In this document: positions 12,092 to 23,900 of the stretch, one piece after another
Layout of the letters: the number at the start of each line of letters is the position of its first letter
How positions within the stretch are numbered: the stretch's first letter is position 1
From: Somniosus microcephalus
Lineage: Eukaryota
DNA: 64,000 bases
Direction: 5' to 3'
NCBI GenBank assembly: GCA_052327205.1
Contig: CM126222.1
Location: 57,164,001 to 57,228,000 of the forward strand
Program-made: the position numbers and the translations under genes
Notes under the pieces: generated by a model
Seen by the model: only the letters and a program-made list of their open reading frames with translations
Databases searched by the model: none
Told to the model about the DNA's origin: nothing

Positions 12092-15000
12092 GTACAGCTG
12101 ACCTCCCTTTAAACATTTAATGCACAGGGCGCTAAGTTCCAGTAAAGCAAAGCATCAGATGTCTTTAATACGGGTCTTGATCCTGCTGGCCAAAATTTCA
12201 TGTTGAGTTAATAACACTACCTGGAATCCACTATGTTGGTTTCTGAATTTGTATCTGTGTTTCATTTCACCCTCAAGATAAGGAACTAGAAATTATTAAA
12301 TAGTTTAGTACATGAAAAGAATGGCCAGTATTTCACTGAGATTTTCTTTAAGATCTATCTGAGTTCTTTCTTTCTTTTGTGTTGGCTTTTTACCTTCCTA
12401 ATTTTTCTGCCTTTTTTTTTTCTTCCATTCTTCCCCTGCCCCTCTTTTTCCCCCCCCCCCCCCCCCCAATCTCCCTTCTCTGAGTGGTTTTGCTTGCTCA
12501 CTATGGTATGGATTCAAGGTACAAGGTGCCCTTCAGTCCCTCGCTTAAGTGCCCATTCTTTGTGTGCGTTTTATAGCAGGCTATTTGACCATTGGAAGCA
12601 TCACAATCAAGACTGATGCAGTCATCACCCAATGTGCACCAAGCAGGGACTACTAGATAGAAGACAAGTGCAGAAAACTTTTTTCTTTTCCCCCACACAC
12701 TATATATCCTGTAGGATAGACTTGTGAGATAATATGTATCCCCGTAGAACATTTATACGTCCAGGTGTGACTGTTCACCAGCTTGAAAGTCTAAATAGTA
12801 AAGATGGAGTATTCTAGTAGCAAAGCAACTTGAGCTCCAGATCCTGCTAATAGTGAGTGATGCTACCCGACTCCATAATTCAAAGCAAACCTGGCCAAAT
12901 TTGCCATTGGGTGCTATGCGGAAAGAAATGTTGCTTGTATTACTTCAGTTCCACGGAGTCATGTGTAGTATAATATTGCAAACAGCAGAATAAGCCAGTA
13001 ACCGAGCCTGCGAAGTAATAAATTTGGTGCTACGTTGGACTGTGATGCTCTGACATCAGTTTCTCATTTGAGTTATCTTGGCATGAGTTGTTTTAATGCT
13101 AGAAACTGTGTATTCCTAATGATCTAGCCCTAGAAATTAATGTTACAATAATAGCAGGTGAACACCTAATGTGTCTGTATGATCTTCTGTCTGCTATTTT
13201 AATGGAAGTATTTAAAATAAATTGGTTAACACCTGCTTTAAAATAGCAGCCAAAGAACACCATACAAAGGCTTAAAGGTTTGTCTGCTAATATCACCATC
13301 CGTAACATTTCAGTACTCACCCATTTTATAAAGTGCATTCTGAGGAACATTGCTAGTTTGATCATTTCAGCCACAGAATCCACCATCTCACTTAAAAAAA
13401 ACATTTTTTCAAAATTACTCATCACTACTTTTTTTTAATGAACTGCTGCAATTAGTCATCCTCTGTATTGGCCAGCTGTGGCCTGTGCTTACTAATAAGC
13501 AGAAAATGGTTTGTGCGGTGTCATATGGAGGAAGTTGATTCACTATCAGACAATGCAGCAAGCAGAAAGCCAGTAGAACTGCGTGATCAGAAGATTGTGC
13601 ATGCAGATCTCCATTGGAATATGAGTTGAAATCTTATCGCATGCTAACACGCCCAGTGCAAAGTTTAAGGGAGGTGTTTTACTGCTGGGAACATTCACCT
13701 TTGTGTGAAGTGTTTAAAATTGTCATCCTGTCTGCCTGTCCTTAATGGTTTAAAGCTGCTCCCTCCTGACTACTTCTCCTAAAAAGCAGGGGCTGTTCCT
13801 GATTCCTGATAACACTCCCATCCCTTCAAGTGGAGAGCCCAAATGTAATTCCTGATTGGGATGTCATGATTAAATCAACTTTATTTTCAACAAATCAGGA
13901 GTGATCTTTATAAGAAGTACGCAAGGTCCTAAAGGGTACAGAGAAGATGAATGTCAGTATATTTAACATCGTCACAGATTCTGCAATAAGATCACGTGAT
14001 CTTAAACTTGAAGGTTGACATTTAACTACTTTTTGTAGTGGATGGTAAATGTATGGAATGGTCTGTCGAAGGAGGCAGGAAGGTCTATTTATATTGCCAG
14101 TTCAAGAGAATTGGATTATTACCTGAAGAAAAATGTGGTAGAGGTGTGGGATATGATATTTCTTAGAAATTGAGACCGGTAAAATGGACCACTGTTGTCT
14201 TTTTCTGATCCTATATATTCCTGTGTTTGCATGTTCCTAAATCTATTGTGTATATAGTTTTTTTTTTTTTTTTTGAGTTGATATTGCAGTCCAAATGAAG
14301 ATTGTTTGCTGTTGGTGAGGGAGGTTTGCAGCCTGACTTGCAGCTGGAAATTTACAAGCAGCTGACAATCTGCAAACTGTCCCCACTAACTGCAATTCAA
14401 CTCTAAATGACCTCGGGCTTGTGTATTTTCACAACAATTAGACTTTGTGACCTTAAAAGGACAGGCCATCTTGAACAGATCTCCACTTTTTAAGCAGCAG
14501 AATAATACATGTGTGTGCTCTTGGCATTACAAAACACCATAACCTTCAGCAATGCCACAGGGATTCACTAGTATAAAGTAAATCTGAATGCTATACAGAA
14601 CGTAACTAAACACCCGTTGATGCTTAATTTAGGCTCCAAGGAATCTTCTCGGTTTACAGACGTTTTCATGAATGTGTTTCTAAACTGAAGGGGACCACAT
14701 GCCTGAAAGCTATGACAGCTGAATTTTTCTTTAAAACTTAAAATGGAAAATGTCAGTTGCAGATAAATTGCAATGCACTTCTAGTAATGAAATGACTGCA
14801 CATGTAAACGTTTGATCTATTTAGTTTATTTCATCGGTGGATTGTTGGACAATTGCTGTTATAAACACAGAAAAGGTAAGGCTGAGGGGGAGTATTTTCT
14901 GTCCCTATTTTTTACAATGTGTTTTCAGCCATATGTGGACCCACCATTTTGGATATCTGATCCAATTTTGAGTTTCTTGAGTGATTAGCTTATGGCACAA

Positions 15001-15338
15001 TCTAAGTGTTTGTCTGTCTGTAATTTCTCGAGGCAGTCACCAGCATGGTGGATAGTAGAATGTCTACGGATGTTGTCTACATGGACGACAGAAGGCATTT
15101 GATTAGGTTCTGCGTAATAGATTATTAGCAAAAATTAAAGCGTATGGTGTCGGAGGTAACCTTGTGATCTGGGTTGGGAAGTAGGAAACGGAGAGTAGGG
15201 ATAAAGGGATCATTCTCTGATTGGCGGGATGTGACAAGTGGTGTTCTCCATGGGTCTGTACTGGGGTCTCAGCTTTTCACCATTTATATTAATGACTTGG
15301 ATGTTAGGAGGCACAGTAAGTTGTACCGATGGGAGGAG

Positions 15339-15993
15339 TGTAAGAGAGTTCGAATCTGACCCCAAATATGGTTGCAACCAAACCATTTATTGTGTTTGAC
15401 CAAGTCTTGACACACTCGATGTCTTAGCAGTAGTCACGAGAAATAAACGCAATTGCCCTGCTTTATTTCTGGGTAGAGAGCTGTAACCTTCATCGATCCT
15501 TTTGTGCTTATCTCGCTCTACAAATTGTGAAGGAAAGCTCAAGCTCTTTATAGGCCTCTAGTCACACACTGTCCTTGTTGATTCATTATGGCATGATAGT
15601 AGTTCAATGTGAACAAGAACCCCAGAAATGAGGTAGTTCGAAACAAACTCCAGATGGCCAGTCTTGTTTGCCATTAACCATGTAACTAATCATCTTGGTC
15701 CTATTAACTTGTTTCCTATCTCAAGGCTATCATTTCACAATGCATTGACAGAGTTTAGGCAACGGGCACGAATTAGCACATCCCGCACCTCAGCAGAAAA
15801 TAAACAGCAGCCAGCTAAATGGTGCACTGACACATTAAACCCTAAAGCATCCTGGGAATGAACAACTTAACCATTTCATTATTTCTAGCTACAGTACAAA
15901 TCTACAAGCTATTAATGTCAAAAGAAAACAAAAACTTTAATCATATGAAATTAAACCAAATCCTAATCCTACGTATAGATGTATACAAGAACA
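15339..15993 (-). mobile_element. Solo LTR (655 bp), Gypsy or ERV type
   Basis: TG...CA termini and 4-bp TSD GGAG (15335-15338, 15994-15997). Minus-strand TATAAA (15547-15552) and AATAAA (15386-15391). Second copy at 3459. Confidence 0.8.
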
Positions 15994-15995
15994 GG

Positions 15996-16923
15996 AGGGG
16001 AAAAATTCAGTTGGTAGCGCCACTCGTTAGCGCCTTAAGGCGCGGCGACATTTGTGCCGCTTGCGAAATTAACTAGGCATTTTGCGGCGGCGCTAAATCT
16101 CCTGCGCCGGCAGATCGTGACGTCAGTCGAGTGCGCAATGCCCCGGTAGCGCCCCGGACTGGATATTGAGTGGCGTCCCCTGCCTTGCCGCTAGCAACGA
16201 CCGGTTGAGGGGAGCGTATTGCAGTCAGGAAGGGACTGGGGGAGCGCTATTTAAAGGCGACCGCTTCCTGCCTTTTTTTGTCGGTGACATTTTTGCACCA
16301 CGCAGAGAGAGACTTAGAGAATCTACACTGTGTGAAGGAGTTTTGCATACTAAGCAGCACTTTGCAGGTTCATTTTGATTTGCCCTTCCTTGTATCTATT
16401 TAGAAGAGACTGTGGGGGCTGCACTCTGAGTTCTTTCCCTGGGTGTCTCCATTGTTCTTTCCAGCAGATTTGATGTACAGGTCTCTCCAGGCCGAGATTC
16501 AAGGCTGCAATGAACAGGATGTGGATGGAGACCAAGATCAACCCTCCCCTTTAAGATAAACACAGAAAATGCAGGAGAAACTCAGCAGGTCAAGCAGCAT
16601 CTGTGAAGAGAGAAACAGAGTTAACGTTTCAGGTCGATGACCATTCATCAGTACTCCCCTTTAAGAACTGGCCGGCGCCAGTGTGTCTGTGTTCCATTGC
16701 TGACTGACATCACATGAGCTTCGCCAGCGCTGTGAGGTAGCGCCTCGCTCCTTGGCCTTTGCGCCTTAAGACAGATGTGAAGCGCCTGATATAGCGCTCC
16801 AATCACCACCAGGGGCGATAAAAGCCAAGTTTGCTGTCGGAGGCGATAATTAGCGCCAGGCGCTAAACTTTGCGCACGGCCGATAATGGCGCCTCAAACG
16901 GGGCGATACTGAATTTTTCCCCC
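15996..16923. mobile_element. PIF/Harbinger-type non-autonomous DNA transposon
   Basis: TIRs GGGGAAAAATTCAGT / ACTGAATTTTTCCCC, apparent 3-bp TSD AGG, CpG-rich subterminal gcgcc repeats. Confidence 0.75.
16557..16653 (-). mobile_element. Penelope pLTR fragment with hammerhead core, inserted in the Harbinger MITE
   Basis: 13-bp TSD ctcccctttaaga (16544-16556, 16654-16666). Minus strand reads CTGATGA-atggtcatcgacct-GAAA-CGTTAAC. Confidence 0.8.
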
Positions 16924-18865
16924 AGGGTATCTTCCAGCAGGAAGTTACAAAGGGACATGGGCAGACTAAGTGAGTGGGCAAAACTGGCAGCTGGAACTCA
17001 AATGTGGCGAGTGTGAGATCAGCCACTTTGGAACCGAGGAAAGACAGATCAAAATATTCTCTTAATGGCGAGGGACTGGGAGCTGTGGAGGAGCAAAGGG
17101 GTTTGGATGTCCATGTGTACAGATACAAAAAGTTATCAAAATAGCTAATGGAAAAGGCCGTTGGAATTCAAAAGTGAGGAAGTGATGCTTCAGTTATACA
17201 GAGCCTTTGGTCAGGTGCTATCTGAAGTACTGCGTTCAGCTTTGGGTACTGAACCTCTGGAAATATATATTGGCCTTGGAGGGAGCACAGCATGTATTCA
17301 GCAGACTGATGCCAGTTTAAAGGGATACATTATGAGAAAAGGTTGATTAAACTTGGTTTATATTCCTTTTGAGTTTAGGTGGTTGAGGGGTGATCTAATT
17401 TAGAATGATAGGGTAGACAGTGAACTATTTTCTCTGGTGGGGGGGGAATCCAGAACTAGGGAGTATAATCTTAAAATTAGAGTAAGGCCTTTAGGAGTGA
17501 AATCAGGAAGCACTTTTTCAGACAAAGGGTGGTAGAAATTTGGGACTCTCTTCTCTTTTCCCCCCCCCCTCCCCTCCCCCCCCCCCCCCCCTCCCCTAAA
17601 GGTTGTGGAAGCTAAATTTTCAAAACTGAGATTGATAGATTTTTGTTGGGTATGAGTATCAAGGGGTATATGTAGCAAAAGCAAGGAAATAGAGTTGAGA
17701 TACAGATTAGCCATGATTTAATTGAATGGCAGAATATCCTAGAGGGGCTGAATGGCCTGCTCCAGTTGCTATGTTGTCCCAAGGGCTGACTCATTGAAAT
17801 GAATGGAGCTGTTGTGGAATGCATGCAGTCCTACCCCTGTATCCTATGTTCTGAAGCAACTCGGAAATAGAATGAAGCTCTGAAATAGTGGACCTCCAAG
17901 AAGGTCAAAATAATGAACTAAAATGCGGATATCTCTGAATAAATAGGAAATATCTCGGTCATTTTTCTGGGTATTGGAGAAGTACTTTGTAGAATGTGCA
18001 GTTCAAAGCTTTTCTTCATAAATAATCAAGTTTATAAACTGGCCTAAATCTGGTGTGATGGAGTGAAAGCCACCTCTGTCTGATACCTGTAAATTTGCCC
18101 AAACTCAATCCAATTGCTCGTCGGCAGCACAAAACTGCACTAAATTTGCAATTTCATTAAGAAAGGCTGGCTGGTATGGGAAATGTAAACATGACAGAGG
18201 TGCCAGTGGGGCTGGAAGATTCGGGCAGAGGCAATTTGTGGGGAAGAATAGAAATTTTACTATAGCTGACCTGTGATTGCATCATCGCATTGAGCATCTG
18301 GACTGGAACACCCCCATTTCCCAGCACTAATATCCTTTGTGTTGATTAGCACACAATTCACAAAAAATCTAATTTAAAAATAAAAACCTCCTATATAATG
18401 GTGATCTTTGGAGAGCAGTGCAAGTACACTCAGGACTAGCCCTCTAAAGACAAACGATAATATTTCAACAAAGTAGGAACAAAGATTTCTCTTCACTAAA
18501 ATTATTCTGGGCAGAGATTCACCGTTCCTCTATTGTTGTAACTAATTCAAAAATTACTCAACATTTCCCTTTAAAAGTGCATGATCCGTGAAGCAGAGTA
18601 ACCATTCAGAAACATGTTTGGTAAATTAACATGCAACGTTTGGGGGAAATCCGAGACCCTATTTTTATACTGGTTCCTGGAGCTGTTCCAGATAATTTGC
18701 TCCAGGTACCAGACGGACTCATTTGGAGCCGCCCTGTTTACACTGTAATTCACAGTAGGGAAAGTCAGAACATTTCCACCGTTTGATTTGTGCTCCACGT
18801 GCGTTTCTGCCCCTAAAATAAACACTTAAATTTCAGCAAAACGTGCTTACTCATTATTCAAAATG

Positions 18866-19087
18866 TATAAGAACACAAGAAATAGGAGCAGGCCTGGCCA
18901 AATGGCTTCTCGAGCCTGCTCCGCCATTCAATAAGATCATGGCTCACCTTCGACCTCAACTCCACTTTCTCGCCCTGTCCCCATATCCATTGATTCCCTT
19001 AATGGCCAAAAATCTATCGATTTCAGTCTTGAATCTACTCAACGACTTGAGCATCCACAGCCCTCTGAGGTAGAGAATTCCAAAGAA
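18866..19087 (-). mobile_element. CR1 (HER1-like) 3' end
   Basis: Reverse complement of the 49620-49860 type 3' end (aagaaataggagcagg...ctcgagcctgctccgccattcaat). Confidence 0.8.
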
Positions 19088-19277
19088 TATGTTGTGTTTT
19101 TTGTTAAAAATCACTACATCTCTCCCCGTTGTTATTTCTACTTCTCTCCCCGTTGTTATTTCTATTTATCTTTTTTTTGGCTGATCAAGAATGTATTGAG
19201 CCTTTCCCAGAAGATGCTAGCTGCAGTATGTTTTCATATGTAGACTAATAGAATAGAACCTACTGCTGTACTGAGAT

Positions 19278-19666
19278 TGTCCTTGTTTTCAAATCACTCC
19301 ATGGCCTCACCCCTCCCTATCTCTGTAATCTCCTCCAGCCCCACAACCCTCCGAGATATCTGCGCTGCTCTAACTCTGCCCTCTTGAGCATCCCTGATTT
19401 ATAATCGCTCAACCATTGGTGGCCGTGCCTTCTGTTGCCTAGGCCCTAAGCTCTGGAATTTCCTGCCTAAACCTCTCCGCGTCTCTACCTCTCTTTCCTC
19501 CTTTAAAACGCGCCTTAAAACCTATCTCATTGACCAAGCTTTTGGTCATCTGCCCTAATTTCTCCTTATGTGGCTGTGTCAAATATTTCGTCCTGTAACA
19601 CTCCTGTGAAGCGCCTTGGGACTTTTTACTATGTTAAAGGTGCTATATAAATGCTGTTTGTTGTTA
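19278..19666 (+). mobile_element. L2 LINE 3' end
   Basis: Reverse complement of the 1609-1990 segment; tail aaggtgctatataaatgctgtttgttgtt. Confidence 0.85.
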
Positions 19667-20954
19667 CCCAAAACTTTTTTGTGGTCAAACTATCTCCATT
19701 TACTGTAACAATTTATCATCTGTAAAAATATAGATTTTTGTCATTGGTTACTAAATTTCAGGTTCCTGGTCTCCCTTCCTGTGAAGGGGTTTGTTTCAGA
19801 GGCCATATCAGTAGAAAATGCCCAACTGCGGTGCCAAAAATAGCATGGTATCCTGTGGTGCTATATGTTGCTGTCCCTAGAGGATCTCAGTGAGCTATGT
19901 AAATATAGCTGTCTAACGGTGCACATGGTCCTTATATTGATGCTATCTGCAGCTTCTCTTCATTGCTGCAGATCAGAGAGCTATCCAAGGCTTTTTGTCA
20001 CTTGAGGTCTTGATGGCTACCCACGGCGTTTATAAAAAATTTTTTTTTTTAAATAGTTCCATTCATCTAAATATTAAAACAAAGCAACTTTCTGCTGTGC
20101 CACCATCAAGACCTCTCCGCACAATGATTTTAATTAAACTGTTCATGTTGCTGAACCCGTCCACATTTTGCTAGGCTTCCCTAGAAAGTGTAGTGAATAA
20201 CCTGCAGTAAAATTTCATCAGAAATTCAGTAGAAACTGTGTTGTTACGTAAAAGTCAAATTTTATTTTCTGATGACCGAAAAAGCCAAATCCTGGTTTAA
20301 GCCTTTTATATCTCTAGAGAGAGTAAAGATAAATATTCAATGAGAAAATGGGAAGTGCTTTTCCGGGTGCACTATATTCTTATAAATGTAAATGTGGGGG
20401 GTGGGGCTAAGGATTTGGTTCATCTTCTCTTGGTTGAAAATGTAAAAAATAAACTTTTTTAAAATGTGTCTTAATAATTCTACACCTGCCCAAGGCATCG
20501 AGTCCAAAGATACTTCGATACAATAGAGCAAACTGAAATTAGTTGGACTATTCTATTATTTATTGAGGTCTTGCTCTAAAAAACTAAACATTGTGATTTT
20601 CCACCCCCCCCCCCCCCCCCACAGAGCTATTTATTTTCTCGTAAGGCAGCTGGTAAAAGGTTAATGAAACTGATGTACTGTACTTTTTTCCTGTTATTTA
20701 ATGGATTATTTCGATAGTTTTTTTTGGTCACTTCTGAAGTTGCCACTTGTGGTGTTGGTGACACATTGAGCTTTAACTTTTAATGCTTTTTCTGTCTTCA
20801 GAAAGTAAAATTTGCCTTTCTTCCTGTTTTGTCAAATAATTCTGCTACTGTGATGTATAATCCATGTTTGATGACTCTCTCGATGAAACTGATGTACACT
20901 TAAAATAGTGTCATTTTATATACTTCTAGTTTTCTTTGTCTTTTTTAATGGCCT

Positions 20955-21745
20955 TATCTAGAATCGTAGAATTTTACAGCATTGAAGGTCATTTTGTTCC
21001 ATCGCACCTGTGTCACCCCTCGGAAAGGGATGTCCAATTGGCCCCTTTTCCCCATACCCTTTTTAAGCTTCTTAATTAAAAAAAAAAAAAAAAAAATATT
21101 ATCCACTTTAATTTTAAATGCTATTATAGATTCTGATTCTGTCACCTGTTTCTGGTGGGGCAGACATTCCAGGTCGTACACTGCTATTCCCCAACCTTTT
21201 ACGTTCAGCTATCTTAAGCTTTTGCCCTTTGGTTACTGACTCACCCCAACCAGTAGAAATAATATTTACCTTAGCAAAACTTTCAATCAGATCCTCTGTT
21301 AACCTTTCTCAGAGGCTCAGTTTCTCTGGTCTCTCCTCATTACTAAAGCCGCTCATCCCTGGTATCCCTGTATACTCTCCATGGCCTTGATATCCTTCCT
21401 AAAGTAAGGTACCCAAAACTAGACACAGTACTGTAACTGCAGCCTAACCACTGATTTAATACGTTTAGCATTCCCTTGTTGCTTTGTGCTCCATTCCCCT
21501 ATTTTTAAAACCTATGATCCATTGTGCTTTATTTTTAAACAGCTTTATCATCTTGTTCGCCCACTTTTTAAAGAGCTGCATATCTGAACCTCTAAATCTC
21601 TCTGCTCCTCTACTCCTTTTTAAAATGTTACCATTCAGTGTATATAAACGTTTGTCCTTCTTTCAAAATGTACATTTCATCCATCTACCCAATCTACTAA
21701 CCTGTCTATGCCCTCCTGAAGTCTCTTGCAGTCCTCCGCACAGTA
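20955..21745 (-). mobile_element. Degenerate CR1 fragment
   Basis: Reversed CR1 3' end (tagaattttacagcattgaaggtc...) and RT remnants (acccaaaactagacacagtactgtaactg). Confidence 0.6.
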
Positions 21746-23447
21746 CTTTAATTGAGAATTAACGATACATTTAAATTGCTCCTTGCTCCTGTGACATCTG
21801 AGTTTTACACATGGAAAATAGTAAGTATTGCAGTTAACTATTTAAAAAAAAAAAAAAAAAAAAAATTGATTTTAATGTTCACCTGGCATTAATTGTGTAT
21901 ATAATGCTCCCTCCTGGACAGCCATTCATTTCTGGTTTACAAGGGGGGCTTTTAGGTCTTTTCAAATGTGCTGTGCACTGCCACCCTAAACATTGATTCT
22001 GGGAGTTCACCAAGAGCCAGGCTTTATTAATAATTTTAGGACTACAATAATAAATATTTTTTATTTAAAACCCACGCACTGGAGGTTATGCAGTTACATT
22101 GACTTGTAACTATCGAGCAACAAATCATTCTAGTTAATGGACTCGCTGTATTTTTTATAAAAAAAACTATGCTTAATATAATTTATCTGGAAAATTAACT
22201 ACCATCCAGATGTTTAAAAATCTGACTAAATATAGTGGCCATTAAAGTAATGAAACCGTACAATGAGTTATCTGACACGACGGAATCAAAAACTACAGTG
22301 ACGGTGACAACATATTTCCAATTTCAATGCAACAGTGTTTTAGATATAAACCGTTGAGACCCAAACTGTTCTGAACTTCAACACTGGGAATATACAACAT
22401 CCATTTCTTTCACGTGTAAGTCTGATTTGCAGCACTTTTATCAACTGGGGCACATAACAAAATACTATGTTGGAATGGTTGCAGTAATAAAAATATTAAG
22501 AACTCTCCACGTATTAGTAGAGGTTCTAGCATAAATTAAGCTTTGAATGGTACAGTTAGGAATTTTGGGCGTGCTAGTATGTTAGTGAACTTTGTTCCCT
22601 GCAAATGAACTACATAACATTTAAGGCCAACAAGCTACTCCCTTTTTGATAGATCAACCCCCTTGCCTACTTCCTTATCATATCCTTTCTTTTAAATCTC
22701 TCATCGAGCTCTCCCTTGGACTCCTATTTATACTGTGTTCTTTAAAGGCCTTCCCTGCTAATTTATTTACCACCTTTTTATTATCTTTTGAGTGGAAAAA
22801 GTTGATTTCCTTACTTCCTGATGACCATTTGTGACCATTTGTGACCCTTTGTGCCCCTTTTGTACTTGAACACTTCAACTTATTTAGTGTTTTAATATTT
22901 TCACAATTTAGTGTTTTAATATTTTCACATATTTTCTCCTAACCGTTGTTTTAAAGGTCATTTATTTAATCTAAAGTAAGATCAGCCAGTTGGTTAAACA
23001 TTAGGAATTGTTGTGTACAGACAGCTATTTTTGGTGCTGGAAGTATAAGAGCTGCATGGGTTATAGAGTGAGAATATTTTTGTGGTGTCAAAGGACCAAC
23101 CTTCATAAGAAAGCAATTCTATGAAGAAATAACCTTTTTGAAACTGTCAACACTTCCACTGTTTGCTATTTTATAGTGAATTGTTAACCTGTTCTTTATA
23201 CATGTGATTATGATTTTGTGATAAATGGTAATGTTGAGAATCTTCCCCCAGTGTTAGGAAAAGATGCATTGGACTCCCATATTTGCCATAATTTGGAATG
23301 CGTTTAACCTATCAAATGGAAATTTCTGTCCTATGACTCAGAATTTCTAAATGCCTTTTTTTAAGTTGGTGCTACATTTTGAAAGCTTTCTTCTTCTTCT
23401 CCACCTCCACCCCCCCCTCTGCCCCCCCACCCCCACCCCACACACAG

Positions 23448-23900
23448 GTGAAGCGAGAGCCAGGTGAAAATGGAGCCAGTCTCTCAGATCAGGAGCTTGT
23501 CTCGATGTCTGTTCGAGAACTGAACCAACATCTGCGGGGCCTAACCAAAGAGGACATCATCCGGCTGAAACAACGTCGCAGAACGCTCAAGAACCGTGGC
23601 TATGCAGCCAGCTGCCGTGTCAAGAGGGTAACTCAGAAGGAGGAATTGGAGAAGCAGAAAGCAGAACTTCAGCAAGAGGTGGAGAAGCTCGCATCTGAGA
23701 ATGCCAGCATGAAATTGGAGCTAGACGCGCTGCGATCCAAGTATGAGGCCTTGCAGAGCTTCGCCAGGACCGTGGCCAGAGGACCCGTCATGCCGGTTAG
23801 AGGTCCCATCACCTCTGCCATTGGCCCCATTATGCCAGGCAAAGTGGCTACCACCAGCGTTATCACAATAGTCAAATCCAAAACGGATGCAAGATCTTAG
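23448..23900 (+). CDS. MAFG: MAFG last coding exon (small Maf bZIP transcription factor)
   Basis: Acceptor cacacag|GTGAAGCGAGAG. Encodes VKREPGENG...[21 protein letters not shown]...leucine zipper...[13 protein letters not shown]. With the first exon this gives 162 aa, as in human MAFG. The KSKTDARS ending distinguishes it from MAFK/MAFF. Confidence 0.97.
   Translation: MKREPGENGASLSDQELVSMSVRELNQHLRGLTKEDIIRLKQRRRTLKNRGYAASCRVKRVTQKEELEKQKAELQQEVEKLASENASMKLELDALRSKYEALQSFARTVARGPVMPVRGPITSAIGPIMPGKVATTSVITIVKSKTDARS

Larger units (their letters stand above)
15005..17775 (+). mobile_element. Old CR1 LINE (15005-15336 and 16924-17775) interrupted by nested insertions
   Basis: RT motif VTSGVLHGSVLGSQLFTIYINDLD (ORF 15174). 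CR1 sequence resumes at 16924 and ends ggggctgaatggcctgctcc. Confidence 0.8.

Noticed and set aside
3459-15993. The two same-orientation LTRs as the ends of one 12.5-kb provirus
   Set aside because: The second LTR has its own TSD, the copies are clearly diverged, no gag/pol lies between them, and the interval contains a host MAFG exon.
23379-23447. Proline-rich N-terminus of the 173-aa ORF-track entry ([23 protein letters not shown])
   Set aside because: This is intronic pyrimidine tract read in frame. The real N-terminus comes from the exon at 12056-12091.
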